Shown in pieces: positions 27,572 to 36,358 of a DNA stretch of 64,000 nt. The notes under the pieces are model-generated. The model saw nothing but the letters and a program-made list of their open reading frames with translations. It was not told the origin of the DNA and made no database searches. How positions within the stretch are numbered: position 1 is the first letter of the stretch; every line of letters begins with the position of its first letter. This DNA comes from a bacterium. Lineage in GTDB: Bacteria; Sysuimicrobiota; Sysuimicrobiia; Sysuimicrobiales; Segetimicrobiaceae. The stretch is from the NCBI GenBank assembly GCA_035691305.1, contig DASSJF010000005.1, positions 11,380 through 75,379 of the forward strand, read 5' to 3'. A program made the translations under genes and the position numbers.

Positions 27572-27620
27572 CGCAGTCGACCTCCTCTCTGCTCCGGGCG
27601 GCCGGGACGTCCTGCCGCGG

Positions 27621-28454
27621 TCAGTCGTCCCGCCCGGCGAACTGCCAGGGCGCGATCCGCACCTCGACCCAGCGCAGCGCCTGAACCAACGTCACCCCGG
27701 TGATCGAAAGGATCACCACCGGCACCAGCAGGCGGTCGATCTGGAGGTTCTGGGCATAGCGGACGATGAGGTAGCCGACGCCCGAGACGGAGGTGTACAG
27801 GTCGGCAATCACCATCCCGATGAGCGCGCGGCCGAGGGCGAGCCGCACGCCCGCCACGATGAACGGCAGCGCCGACGGCAGGATCACGTCACCCCACAGC
27901 GCCCGCTCCGAGGTGCGAAACGAGCGCGCGACCTCCAGGAGGCGCGCGTCCACCCCCCGGACGCCCTGGTAGGTATTCAGCAGCACCGGAAAGACCGCGA
28001 ACAAGAAGATCACGACGGTCTTGCCGGCGTCGCCGAAGCCGGCCCAGATCACGACGAGTGGAATCAGCGCGACCATCGGCGTCGAGTACAGCGCGATCAC
28101 GAACGGCTCGAGCGAGAGGTCGAGCAGGCGCACGCGCGCGATCAACACCCCGGCCGCGATGCCGACGACGGTGCCGAGGAGCATGCCGGCCCCCGCGACG
28201 CGGAAGCTCAGGCTGAGGTACGGCCACAGCTCGCCGGAGACGACCATCTGCGCGCCGGCCGCGATAATCCGCGACGGCGGCGCGAAGAGCAGCGGGCTCA
28301 TCTCGCGGGCGCCTACCTCCCAGATCGCGAGCACGGCACAGACCGACGCCACGCGGACGATCGCGTCCTGCAGCCGCCGGCGCCGCCGGAGGCGCGACGC
28401 CGCGGCCTGTACCGCCCGTTGCTGCGACGACAGCACCGCCGCCTGGCCGTTCAC
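27621..28454 (-). CDS. ABC transporter permease (NitT/TauT family, SsuC/TauC-like)
   Basis: Six TM helices with the EAA-like loop (LEVARSFRTSERALWGDVILPSALP). Likely GTG start at 28454 overlapping the ATPase stop (GTGA). Confidence 0.8.
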   Translation of the reverse strand: MNGQAAVLSSQQRAVQAAASRLRRRRRLQDAIVRVASVCAVLAIWEVGAREMSPLLFAPPSRIIAAGAQMVVSGELWPYLSLSFRVAGAGMLLGTVVGIAAGVLIARVRLLDLSLEPFVIALYSTPMVALIPLVVIWAGFGDAGKTVVIFLFAVFPVLLNTYQGVRGVDARLLEVARSFRTSERALWGDVILPSALPFIVAGVRLALGRALIGMVIADLYTSVSGVGYLIVRYAQNLQIDRLLVPVVILSITGVTLVQALRWVEVRIAPWQFAGRDD

Positions 28455-29212
28455 TGGATCTCCTGCCGCAGCAGGTCCCACACCCGTGACCGCAGGGCGC
28501 CGAACGCGGGGTCGGCGCGGACCGCGGCCAGGGCACGGGGCCGTGGAAACGGGACCGGCAGCACATCGCGCACCCGCGCCGGACGGGATGTCAGTACGAT
28601 GACGCGGTCGCCGAGCAGCAGGGCCTCGTCAATGCTGTGCGTCACGAACACGATCGTCTTGCGCTCCTGGTCGAGGATGCGCAGCATCTCTTCCTGCAGG
28701 ATCTCGCGGGTCTGTGCGTCGAGGGCCGCGAACGGCTCGTCCATCAGCAGCACCTCTGGTTCGATCGCGAGCGCCCGCGCGAGCCCGACGCGCTGCTGCA
28801 TGCCGCCGGAGAGTTGATACGGGTAGTACGGCGCGAACGTCTGGAGCCCGACCAGCGTGAGCGCACGCCGTACGCGGCCGTCGGCTTCCGTTCGGGAGAC
28901 GCGGGCCAAGCGGAGCCCGTAGGCCACGTTGGCCTCGACCGTCTTCCAGGGGAAGAGGCCGAAGTGCTGAAAGACCATCGCCATGCGCGACGGCGGCGCC
29001 GTGACCGGCGTCCCGTCGAAGAGGATGCGGCCCGCCGACAGCGGCACCAGGCCGTCGATGCACCGCAAGAGGGTCGTCTTTCCGCAGCCGCTCGGTCCGA
29101 CGATGCAGAGAATCTCGTTGTCGTAGACGTCGAACGAGAGGTCCTCGAACGCGCTGACGGTGCCGCCCGCGAACATCCGGCACGCCCTCTCGATCCGAAT
29201 CTTGGGCGTCAC
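28451..29212 (-). CDS. ABC transporter ATP-binding protein (NitT/TauT family)
   Basis: Walker A GPSGCGKTT, signature LSGGMQQRV, Walker B LLMDEPF. GTG start at 29212 overlaps the upstream hydrolase stop (GTGA). Confidence 0.85.
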   Translation of the reverse strand: MTPKIRIERACRMFAGGTVSAFEDLSFDVYDNEILCIVGPSGCGKTTLLRCIDGLVPLSAGRILFDGTPVTAPPSRMAMVFQHFGLFPWKTVEANVAYGLRLARVSRTEADGRVRRALTLVGLQTFAPYYPYQLSGGMQQRVGLARALAIEPEVLLMDEPFAALDAQTREILQEEMLRILDQERKTIVFVTHSIDEALLLGDRVIVLTSRPARVRDVLPVPFPRPRALAAVRADPAFGALRSRVWDLLRQEIQ

Positions 29213-30291
29213 CGCAGCTGTTCCGCCATGAAATCCGCGACGAGCGGCCGGTATTTGTAGGTGATGTTGTTGCAGACGTGGTTGCCGTCGGGGTACAGCA
29301 CCCACCGCTTGGGCCCCGCCGCGCGCTCGTACGTGCGGTACGCGTCTTCGGGCGGGATCAAGGTGTCTTGCGCGCCGTGTACGACGAGGAGCGGCGCCGT
29401 GATGCGCGCCGCGCAGTCGGCGAGCGTGGCGCCCCGGCTGCGGGCCTCCAGTTCCGCGTGATCACGCGCCCCCCAGACGTGCAGCCACCGCGCGAGATGC
29501 GGCCCGCGGTGCAGGCGGCCTTCCTCCAGGCTGTGCAGGCCGCCGCACGACGCCACGGCGCGGAGGCGCGGCTCGAACGCGGCGCACCGAGGCGCAAGGT
29601 AGCCGCCGAGGCTGACGCCGCAGACGCCGACCCGCGTGCCGTCGACGTCGCCGCGCCCGAGCAGGTAGTCGATCGCCGCCGTCGCCGTGACCTCCCAATC
29701 GGCGCGCATCTTCATGCGGTACCACGTCTCGCCCTGGCCCGGCCCGTCGAGGGTGAGCGTCGCGAGGCCCCGCCGCAGGAAAAACCGCTCGAAGGTGGCG
29801 TGCTCTTCTTTGATCGAGTCGAGCCCGGAGAGAAACAAGACGACGGGCGGCCTGGAGTCCCCTCCGGGGGCCGCGCCGGCGGGGTCCACGCGCGGGCGAC
29901 GCAGATAGCCCGGAATCCGGACCGTCTCGAGGGGAAACTCGACGCGCTCGGCCGGCGGATCGAGCCAGGGCAGCGCGCGCCGGTAGCAGTCCACGCAGCG
30001 CTCGTGGCCGTGAGTGTACTCATCCAGGTTCTCCGTCCAGCTGAAAACGGCGAAATGGTAGGCGATCGCGGCCCGGTAGTACGCCTCCCCCGCGGTGAGA
30101 CCGAATCCGCCGATCTCGGCGTCGCGGGCCAGCCGCTCGTGGCCGCCGGCCAGATCCATCCACGCTCCGTACCACTGGTCCCAGGTCTCGAGCCCGCCGA
30201 CGACGCGACGGTAGTCGCTCGGATCCACGCCGTTGGCGACGAGCCGCGGCTCCCAGACGCGGCCGACGTAGCGGACCCGCTCGTCAGGCAT
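29209..30291 (-). CDS. alpha/beta hydrolase (FrsA/DUF1100-like)
   Basis: 360 aa. GVSLGG nucleophile elbow and a C-terminal HG..D acid/His region. Confidence 0.7.
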   Translation of the reverse strand: MPDERVRYVGRVWEPRLVANGVDPSDYRRVVGGLETWDQWYGAWMDLAGGHERLARDAEIGGFGLTAGEAYYRAAIAYHFAVFSWTENLDEYTHGHERCVDCYRRALPWLDPPAERVEFPLETVRIPGYLRRPRVDPAGAAPGGDSRPPVVLFLSGLDSIKEEHATFERFFLRRGLATLTLDGPGQGETWYRMKMRADWEVTATAAIDYLLGRGDVDGTRVGVCGVSLGGYLAPRCAAFEPRLRAVASCGGLHSLEEGRLHRGPHLARWLHVWGARDHAELEARSRGATLADCAARITAPLLVVHGAQDTLIPPEDAYRTYERAAGPKRWVLYPDGNHVCNNITYKYRPLVADFMAEQLR

Positions 30292-30309
30292 GGCGGGTGG
30301 CGGCGGCGG

Positions 30310-31353
30310 CTACTCGCAGCCCTCGGGAACCGGGACCGCGCCGCCGGCCTTGGCGAGCGCCTCGTTGGCGAGACCCGCGTCGACGATCTGACTCGCCGGG
30401 TAGACGTTCCGGAGGTTGCCGCCGGCGTGCTCGAACTGCGTGGTCCAGTCGATGCGCCTCGAGTCGAGCCCGAGGTTGCGCGCCCAGATGCAGCCGGTGA
30501 CGACTTTCCCGTACGCGTACGCGACGTCCTCGGCGTCTTCGTGCGTGATGTCGGTCAGCGCCTTGATCGTCTCCGCGCGGTGCGCGTAGGCATACCGCAC
30601 GGCGAGAATCGTCGCCGCGGCCAGGTTGACGACCGCCTGCCGGTGAGCCTGCACCCACGGGCGAAGCCCGCAGTAGGCGTTGTACTCGTAATCGGGCAGC
30701 GCCTTGTAGAGATCGTACAGAACGTGGAAACCCCGCTGGGTGCGCAGCACCTTGCTCGCCTGCTCCAGATGGAAGAGCGCGGTGTCGTTCTGGCCGGTCA
30801 CGAGCGCCGGCACGCGCCCGGCGGTGGTCGTCGGGACCATCGTCACGTCTTCGGCCCGCAGGCCCGCCTTCGCGAGGATCGCGCGGTTCATGCGATCGAT
30901 GATGCCCCCGGGCGCGCCCGAGAGCCCCATCTTCCGCCCCTTGAGGTCTCCCAGCGTCTTGATGCTGTCGCGCGCCACGAGCACGAAGTCGGTCCGGGGA
31001 GCCGGCGCATAGAACATCGAGATCTGGACCCCGTTGCCGTTCGCGACCTGGCAATCGATGAGACCGACGTTGATGCCGCCGGCGATCGCCGCGGTGAGCG
31101 CGCGCGTCGAGCCGTCGAAGTCGAGCACCGACAGGTCCACGCTGAATTTGTCCATGAACCCGAACGCCTTCGCCAGCTCGACCGGCGCGTGGACCACGTT
31201 CGGCGGCGCCGTCGGCTGGCCGAAGACGATCTTGTCGTGCGGCCCGGCGGGCGGGAACTGGGGTGCCGCCGGAGCGGCAAGACCCGAGGGCGCCGCGCCG
31301 GCCACGGCGAGCGCGGCGACGGCGAGCGCCGCGGAGAGCAGTCGGGGTCTCAT
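30310..31353 (-). CDS. ABC transporter substrate-binding protein (NMT1/THI5-like, SsuA/TauA family)
   Basis: 347 aa with signal peptide MRPRLLSAALAVAALAVAGA. ATG overlaps the upstream Mo-subunit stop (ATGA). Confidence 0.8.
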   Translation of the reverse strand: MRPRLLSAALAVAALAVAGAAPSGLAAPAAPQFPPAGPHDKIVFGQPTAPPNVVHAPVELAKAFGFMDKFSVDLSVLDFDGSTRALTAAIAGGINVGLIDCQVANGNGVQISMFYAPAPRTDFVLVARDSIKTLGDLKGRKMGLSGAPGGIIDRMNRAILAKAGLRAEDVTMVPTTTAGRVPALVTGQNDTALFHLEQASKVLRTQRGFHVLYDLYKALPDYEYNAYCGLRPWVQAHRQAVVNLAAATILAVRYAYAHRAETIKALTDITHEDAEDVAYAYGKVVTGCIWARNLGLDSRRIDWTTQFEHAGGNLRNVYPASQIVDAGLANEALAKAGGAVPVPEGCE

Positions 31354-33719
31354 CGCTCACCGCCTTTCGCATCACGAATCGCCCGCCACAGCCGCTCCGG
31401 CCGCAGCGGCAGGTCGAGGTGCGTGATCCCGAGCGGCGCGAGCGCGTCCATGACGGCGTTGGCCACCGCGGGCGGGGCCGCGATCGAGCCCGCCTCCCCG
31501 ACGCCCTTCGCGCCGAGCGGGTTCCAGGGCGAGGGCGTTTCGACGAAGACGCCGTGCACGGACGGCGTGTTTGCCGCCCGCGGCATCGCGTACTCGCCGA
31601 ACGTCGTCGTCAGCGGCTGACCCGCCTCGTCGTAGACCGCTTCCTCGAGGAAGACTTCGCCGACGCCCTGCGCGACGGCGCCGACGACCTGCGCCTCGGC
31701 GAGAAACGGATTGACGATGCGGCCGCCGTCGTCGACCGCGACCAGCGACAGGATTCGCGCGGCCCCCGTCTCCGCCTCGACCTCGACCACGGCGACGTAG
31801 GCGCCAGACGGAAAGACCGGACTCGGCAGGGCGAACGTCGCCGATGCGTCGAGCCCCAGCTCCATGTCGCGCGGCAGGCGTCCCGGCTGGTACGCGGCCG
31901 CCGCCACCTCCGCGAACGAGACGCCGCGCGCGGCCGCGCCGCGAACCGCATACCGGTCGCCGTCGCGAACGAGGTCGGTCGGCGCGGCCTCAAGCAGGTG
32001 CGCCGCGATCCGCGCGGCCTTCTCCTGGATCTTCTGCGCGGCGACCCACAGCGCCGACCCGCCGCAGGTGATCGACCGGCTGCCGAACGTGCCCACGCCG
32101 CGGGGCACGACCGCGGAATCCCCGTGCTCGACCGTGATCCGGTCCGGCGGCACGCCGAGCGCGTCCGCGGCGATCTGGGCGAACGTCGTCTCGTGCCCCT
32201 GGCCGTGCGGGGTCGAGCCCATGCGCGCGACGACACGGCCGTCAGGCGAGACGGTGATCGCCGCGGCCTCCCACAGGCCCGTACCGGCGCGTTCGACGTA
32301 CGCCGCGATGCCGATGCCGAGAAGGCGTCCCTCGGCGCGCGCGCGCTCCTGCTCCTTCCGCCAGCGCCCGTAGCCGATCGCCTCGAGCCCGCGCTCGAGG
32401 CAGAGCTCGAACCGTCCGGAATCGTACACCCACCCGAGCGGCGTGCGGTACGGGAACCGATCGGCGGCGATGAAGTTGCGCCGGCGAATCTCGGCAGGAT
32501 CCAGTCCCGTCGCATGCGCCGCGAGATCTACCAGCCGCTCCATCATATACACGGCTTCCGGGCGGCCCGCGCCCCGATACGGCCCCGTCGGGGGTTTCGT
32601 CGTGGCGACGCCGATCAGCTCGACGTCCGCAGCCGGCGTGGTGTACGTGTTGATGATGAGGATCGCCGCGGTGAGCGGGACCGTCGTCGTCGCGGGATAC
32701 ATGTACGCGCCGAGGTCGGCGAGGATGCGCGCGCGCAATCCGAGAAACCGGCCGTCCTTGTCCACGGCCAGCTCCGCGTCCGCGTCGATGCCGCGCGCCT
32801 GATAATTCGAGAGGAAGTTCTCGCGCCTGGTCTCCATCCACTTGACCGGCCGGCCGAGGTCCATCGCCAGCAGCGCCGCGACCGCCACCTCCGGCGCCGG
32901 ACTGCCCTTGACGCCGAAGCCGCCGCCGACCTCCGGCACGATGACGCGCAGCCGGTCCTCCGGACGGCGCAGTACCCGGCTCAGCTGGGCGAGCGGGCGG
33001 TGCGGATCCTGCGTCGAGCACCACACGGTCAGCACGTCGGTGCCGGGATCGTAGGCCGCGGCCCCTCCCCGCGGCTCCATCGGCGCCCCGACCATCCGGG
33101 GAATCTCGAAGCGCGCGCGCACCACGTACGCGGCCGACGCGATCGCTTCGTCCACGTCGCCGTGGCTCCGCCGCCAGCGGAGCAGCGCGTTGTCCGGCGC
33201 GGCCGCGTGGACCGCGACGGCGCCGCCGAGGGCGGCCCGCACGTCGGTCACCGCGGGCAGCTCATCGTACTCCACCTCGACGAGCGCGGCCGCGTCAAGC
33301 GCCGCCGCCGGCGTCTCTGCGGCGACCGCCGCGACGGGCTCCCCGGCGTACCGGACCACGCCGTCGGCCAGAATCCGCAGCGGCGCAGGCGTGACCTTCG
33401 CGCCCTCGGCGACGTTGATGGGGAACGCCTCCGTCCGGCCGACGACGTCGGCGCCCGTGACCGCGGCGACGACTCCGGGCGCGCGCCGCGCCGCGTCGGT
33501 CGAGATGCGGCGGATGCGAGCGTGCGCGACGGGGCTGCGCACGACGGCAAGGTATACGACGCCCGGCAGCGCGAGGTCGTCGACGTAGCGGGCGACGCCG
33601 CGGATCGGCCGCAGCGTCTCGTGCGGACGCACGCTCTTCCCGATCCACGGCGCGGACAGCGCCTGCGGTGCGGCCGGAGCGTGCGGTGTGGCCGTACCGG
33701 CCGAGTGATCGTCGGTCAC
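31350..33719 (-). CDS. xanthine dehydrogenase/aldehyde oxidase family molybdopterin-binding large subunit (CoxL-like)
   Basis: 789 aa. N-terminal a/b-hammerhead (IGKSVRPHE...GVARYVDD), GGGFG Mo-cofactor motif and a long MPT-binding C-terminal part. No small FeS or medium FAD subunit genes lie adjacent. Confidence 0.85.
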   Translation of the reverse strand: MTDDHSAGTATPHAPAAPQALSAPWIGKSVRPHETLRPIRGVARYVDDLALPGVVYLAVVRSPVAHARIRRISTDAARRAPGVVAAVTGADVVGRTEAFPINVAEGAKVTPAPLRILADGVVRYAGEPVAAVAAETPAAALDAAALVEVEYDELPAVTDVRAALGGAVAVHAAAPDNALLRWRRSHGDVDEAIASAAYVVRARFEIPRMVGAPMEPRGGAAAYDPGTDVLTVWCSTQDPHRPLAQLSRVLRRPEDRLRVIVPEVGGGFGVKGSPAPEVAVAALLAMDLGRPVKWMETRRENFLSNYQARGIDADAELAVDKDGRFLGLRARILADLGAYMYPATTTVPLTAAILIINTYTTPAADVELIGVATTKPPTGPYRGAGRPEAVYMMERLVDLAAHATGLDPAEIRRRNFIAADRFPYRTPLGWVYDSGRFELCLERGLEAIGYGRWRKEQERARAEGRLLGIGIAAYVERAGTGLWEAAAITVSPDGRVVARMGSTPHGQGHETTFAQIAADALGVPPDRITVEHGDSAVVPRGVGTFGSRSITCGGSALWVAAQKIQEKAARIAAHLLEAAPTDLVRDGDRYAVRGAAARGVSFAEVAAAAYQPGRLPRDMELGLDASATFALPSPVFPSGAYVAVVEVEAETGAARILSLVAVDDGGRIVNPFLAEAQVVGAVAQGVGEVFLEEAVYDEAGQPLTTTFGEYAMPRAANTPSVHGVFVETPSPWNPLGAKGVGEAGSIAAPPAVANAVMDALAPLGITHLDLPLRPERLWRAIRDAKGGER

Positions 33720-33786
33720 CGCAGACCCCCTTTTGTCGCGCAGATCGATACAGGCTTAGGCTACGGAACGGCGGCGGGCGAGTCCT

Positions 33787-34512
33787 TTACAGCGCGGGTC
33801 GGACCGGAAACACCTGAAGAATCCAGGCGTTGAGACGGTAGATCCAGTCGAAGAGAAGCGCCGCGCCCATCACGACCAGGAACGCGCCACCCGTGACCTC
33901 GATCGCGTGTGCGTAGCGCCTGATCGCACGGAGCGCGCCGAAAGCTCTCGTGAGCAGCGCGGCGGTGACGAGAAACGGCAGGCCGAGGCCGAGCGAGTAC
34001 GCGAACAGCAGCAGGGCACCGTCGGCCGCGCGCGCCGTCGTCGCCGCGAGCGTCAGGATCGCGCCGAGGACCGGTCCGACGCACGGCGTCCACGCAAACC
34101 CGAACGCCATGCCCACGAGCACGATCCCGGCCAGCCCGGCCGGCCGGGCCGAGAACGCGAAGCGCCGTTCGCGGGAGAGCCCGGGGATCCGCAGCACCCC
34201 CAGCATGACGAGACCGAACAGAATGACGATCGCGCCGCCGATCCGGCCGAGCAGCTCCCGGTTGCCGAGAATGAACCCGCCGGCGAGAGACGCGGACGCC
34301 CCGAGTCCGGTAAACACGAGGGAGAAGCCAAACACGAAGAGCAGCGTCGCCCCGACGACGCGCCAGACGTGCCGTCGCCGTTCGGCCGCCTCGACCTCGA
34401 GCAGCGAGACGCCCGACACGAACGATAGGTAGCCCGGGATGAGCGGCACGATGCACGGCGAGAAGAAGCCGAGCACGCCGGCGGCGAACGCGATCACGAG
34501 CGAGAGATGCAC
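33787..34512 (-). CDS. ccdA: cytochrome c biogenesis thiol-disulfide transporter CcdA (DsbD-beta family)
   Basis: 241 aa. Six TM helices with the two conserved Cys (FFSPCIVPL and WTPCVGPVL). Confidence 0.85.
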   Translation of the reverse strand: MHLSLVIAFAAGVLGFFSPCIVPLIPGYLSFVSGVSLLEVEAAERRRHVWRVVGATLLFVFGFSLVFTGLGASASLAGGFILGNRELLGRIGGAIVILFGLVMLGVLRIPGLSRERRFAFSARPAGLAGIVLVGMAFGFAWTPCVGPVLGAILTLAATTARAADGALLLFAYSLGLGLPFLVTAALLTRAFGALRAIRRYAHAIEVTGGAFLVVMGAALLFDWIYRLNAWILQVFPVRPAL

Positions 34513-34524
34513 CGGGTCTCCGCG

Positions 34525-35040
34525 CTACCGATTCGCCAGCGCGTCGATGGCCGTTCGCAGTTCCGCCTCGCCCGCCGGCCCGTACCCCGCGCGAACGACC
34601 GTCCCGGCCCGCGAGATCACGGCCCAGTACGGCTGGTAGGTGAAGCCGTACGACTTGGCGACGCGCTCGTCCCCGTCGTACGCGTTCGGAAACGACAGGT
34701 GATACCGCTTCACGAACGCCTCGCAGGACGCGCGCCCGGCGAGCAGTCCGATGCCCAAGAGCGCCACGCCCTTCGCCCTGGCCTCACCGTCCGCGCGCTC
34801 CCACCCGGGGGCGTCTCCGTTGCAGGTGGGTCACCACGGCGCCCAAAACAGCAGGATGACGGGCTTTCCTTTAAATGACGCGAGGCTGACGGACCCGCCG
34901 CCGAGCAGGGGCAACTGAAAGTCGGGCGCCCGAACCGGAGCCGCCTGGGCGATTTCGGGGGCGGACGGCGCGCCCGGAGCGACGCCAATCAGGATGCTCG
35001 CCGCCAGCGCGATCGCAAGTGGAGCAAGCCGGGACGGCAC
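34525..35040 (-). CDS. TlpA/ResA/DsbE-family thioredoxin-like protein with a single in-frame TGA at the first Cys of WCxxC (candidate selenoprotein W-U-P-T-C; alternatively a pseudogene)
   Basis: Track ORFs 34831..35040 and 34525..34767 are in the same frame, separated only by TGA (plus-strand tca 34831-34833). Read through, they give a 171-aa protein ...GKPVILLFWAPW[TGA]PTCNGDAPGW...HLSFPNAYDGDERVAKSYGF.... GTG start with AGGAG SD. A hairpin begins immediately 3' of the TGA. The gene lies directly upstream of ccdA. Confidence 0.55.
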
Positions 35041-35048
35041 GACGGCTC

Positions 35049-35843
35049 CTAGTGACGCCAGCGGGGCGGGCGTTTTTCGAGGAAGGCCCGCATCCCCTCT
35101 TGCGCGTCCGGCGCCAGCGCGTTCTCCACCATCACCTTTTGGGCGACGGCGTAGGCCTCTGGCCGGTCCTTGGAGAGCTGCTGGTAGAAGCCGCGCTTGC
35201 CGATCGCGAGCGTATACGAGCTGGCGGCGATCACCTGGGCAGCGAGGGCCATCGTCTCTGCCTCAAGCCGGTCGGTCGGGACGATGCGGTTGACGAGGTC
35301 CGCGCGCCGGGCGTCCTCGGCGCTGATGGGCGTCCCCGTCAGCAGCATCTCCATCGCCTTCCGCGGACCAACCGCCCGTGCGACGGCCACGCCGGGCGTG
35401 GTGCAGAACAGACCGTTCTTGACTCCCGGCGTGGCGAACGTAGCGTCCTCGGAGGCGACGACGAGATCGCAGGTCGCGACGAGTTGGCAGCCGGCGGCGG
35501 TGGCGAGGGCGTGCACCTGGGCGATCACCGGCTTGGGCAACGTCCGGATCGTCTCCATGACGCCGGTGCAGACGTCGAACAGCGAGGCGACGTCGGCCTC
35601 GGGCTGGCCCACGAGTTCGCGCAGGTCGTGGCCGGAGCTGAACACCGGGCCCACCGCGCGAATGACGACGGCGCGCACCCGGTCGTCGTCGGCGGCCCGG
35701 TCGAGGGACCGCTGCAACTCCTGAAGCATCGCGCGCGACAGGGCGTTGCGGCGCTCCGGATGGTTGAGGGTAAGCACGGCGACGTTCTCTTTGACCTCAT
35801 ACAGGAGAAGCGGTTTCTGCTGCTGCTCTACCGGCGCGCTCAT
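35049..35843 (-). CDS. enoyl-CoA hydratase/isomerase family protein
   Basis: Crotonase fold with an oxyanion-hole region (AVIRAVGPVFSSGHDL, GLFCTTPG). Start M at 35843 (GGAGGGG SD); a second ATG at 35849 is possible. Confidence 0.85.
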   Translation of the reverse strand: MSAPVEQQQKPLLLYEVKENVAVLTLNHPERRNALSRAMLQELQRSLDRAADDDRVRAVVIRAVGPVFSSGHDLRELVGQPEADVASLFDVCTGVMETIRTLPKPVIAQVHALATAAGCQLVATCDLVVASEDATFATPGVKNGLFCTTPGVAVARAVGPRKAMEMLLTGTPISAEDARRADLVNRIVPTDRLEAETMALAAQVIAASSYTLAIGKRGFYQQLSKDRPEAYAVAQKVMVENALAPDAQEGMRAFLEKRPPRWRH

Positions 35844-36358
35844 CCTCATCACCCCTCCGAAGACTACACTCCGGAGACTACAACGGATGCGCAAGGCCAT
35901 TCCTTCCTGTTGAGAGTGCCCAAAAACGTGGCCGGCGGGCGCTCCGGGAGCGCCCGCCGTTAGACCGCCGGGCCTCGTTTCCCCCCGTTACGAGGCCCGG
36001 CCGAACAACGGTCTGCGTCGAGGCAGGTAGCGAAAACTGTTGCTGCGGACGGCGATTCGAAGAAACCCTATGAGCCCGACCGACAGCAGGGCCAACGGGA
36101 CTCCATATGCGATCGTCAACATCAGCCGGTCCGTGCTCCTTAACATCCCAGAGTTGAGTTTACTTGGCCCGGGCGGGAGCAGTAATCGGGCGATGGCCCT
36201 ATTGGGATCCAAAATCGGGTCTCCACCCGATGCCGGCGGGGGCCGGCGGCGGAGGGTCTCCACTTGCTCGCCGGCGTGGGCGATTATTCGGGGATTTGGG
36301 TGGGAATGAAGCGGTTAGAGGGTCACTGAGGCGCGACGGGGGTGGTGGCGAACTGGGC

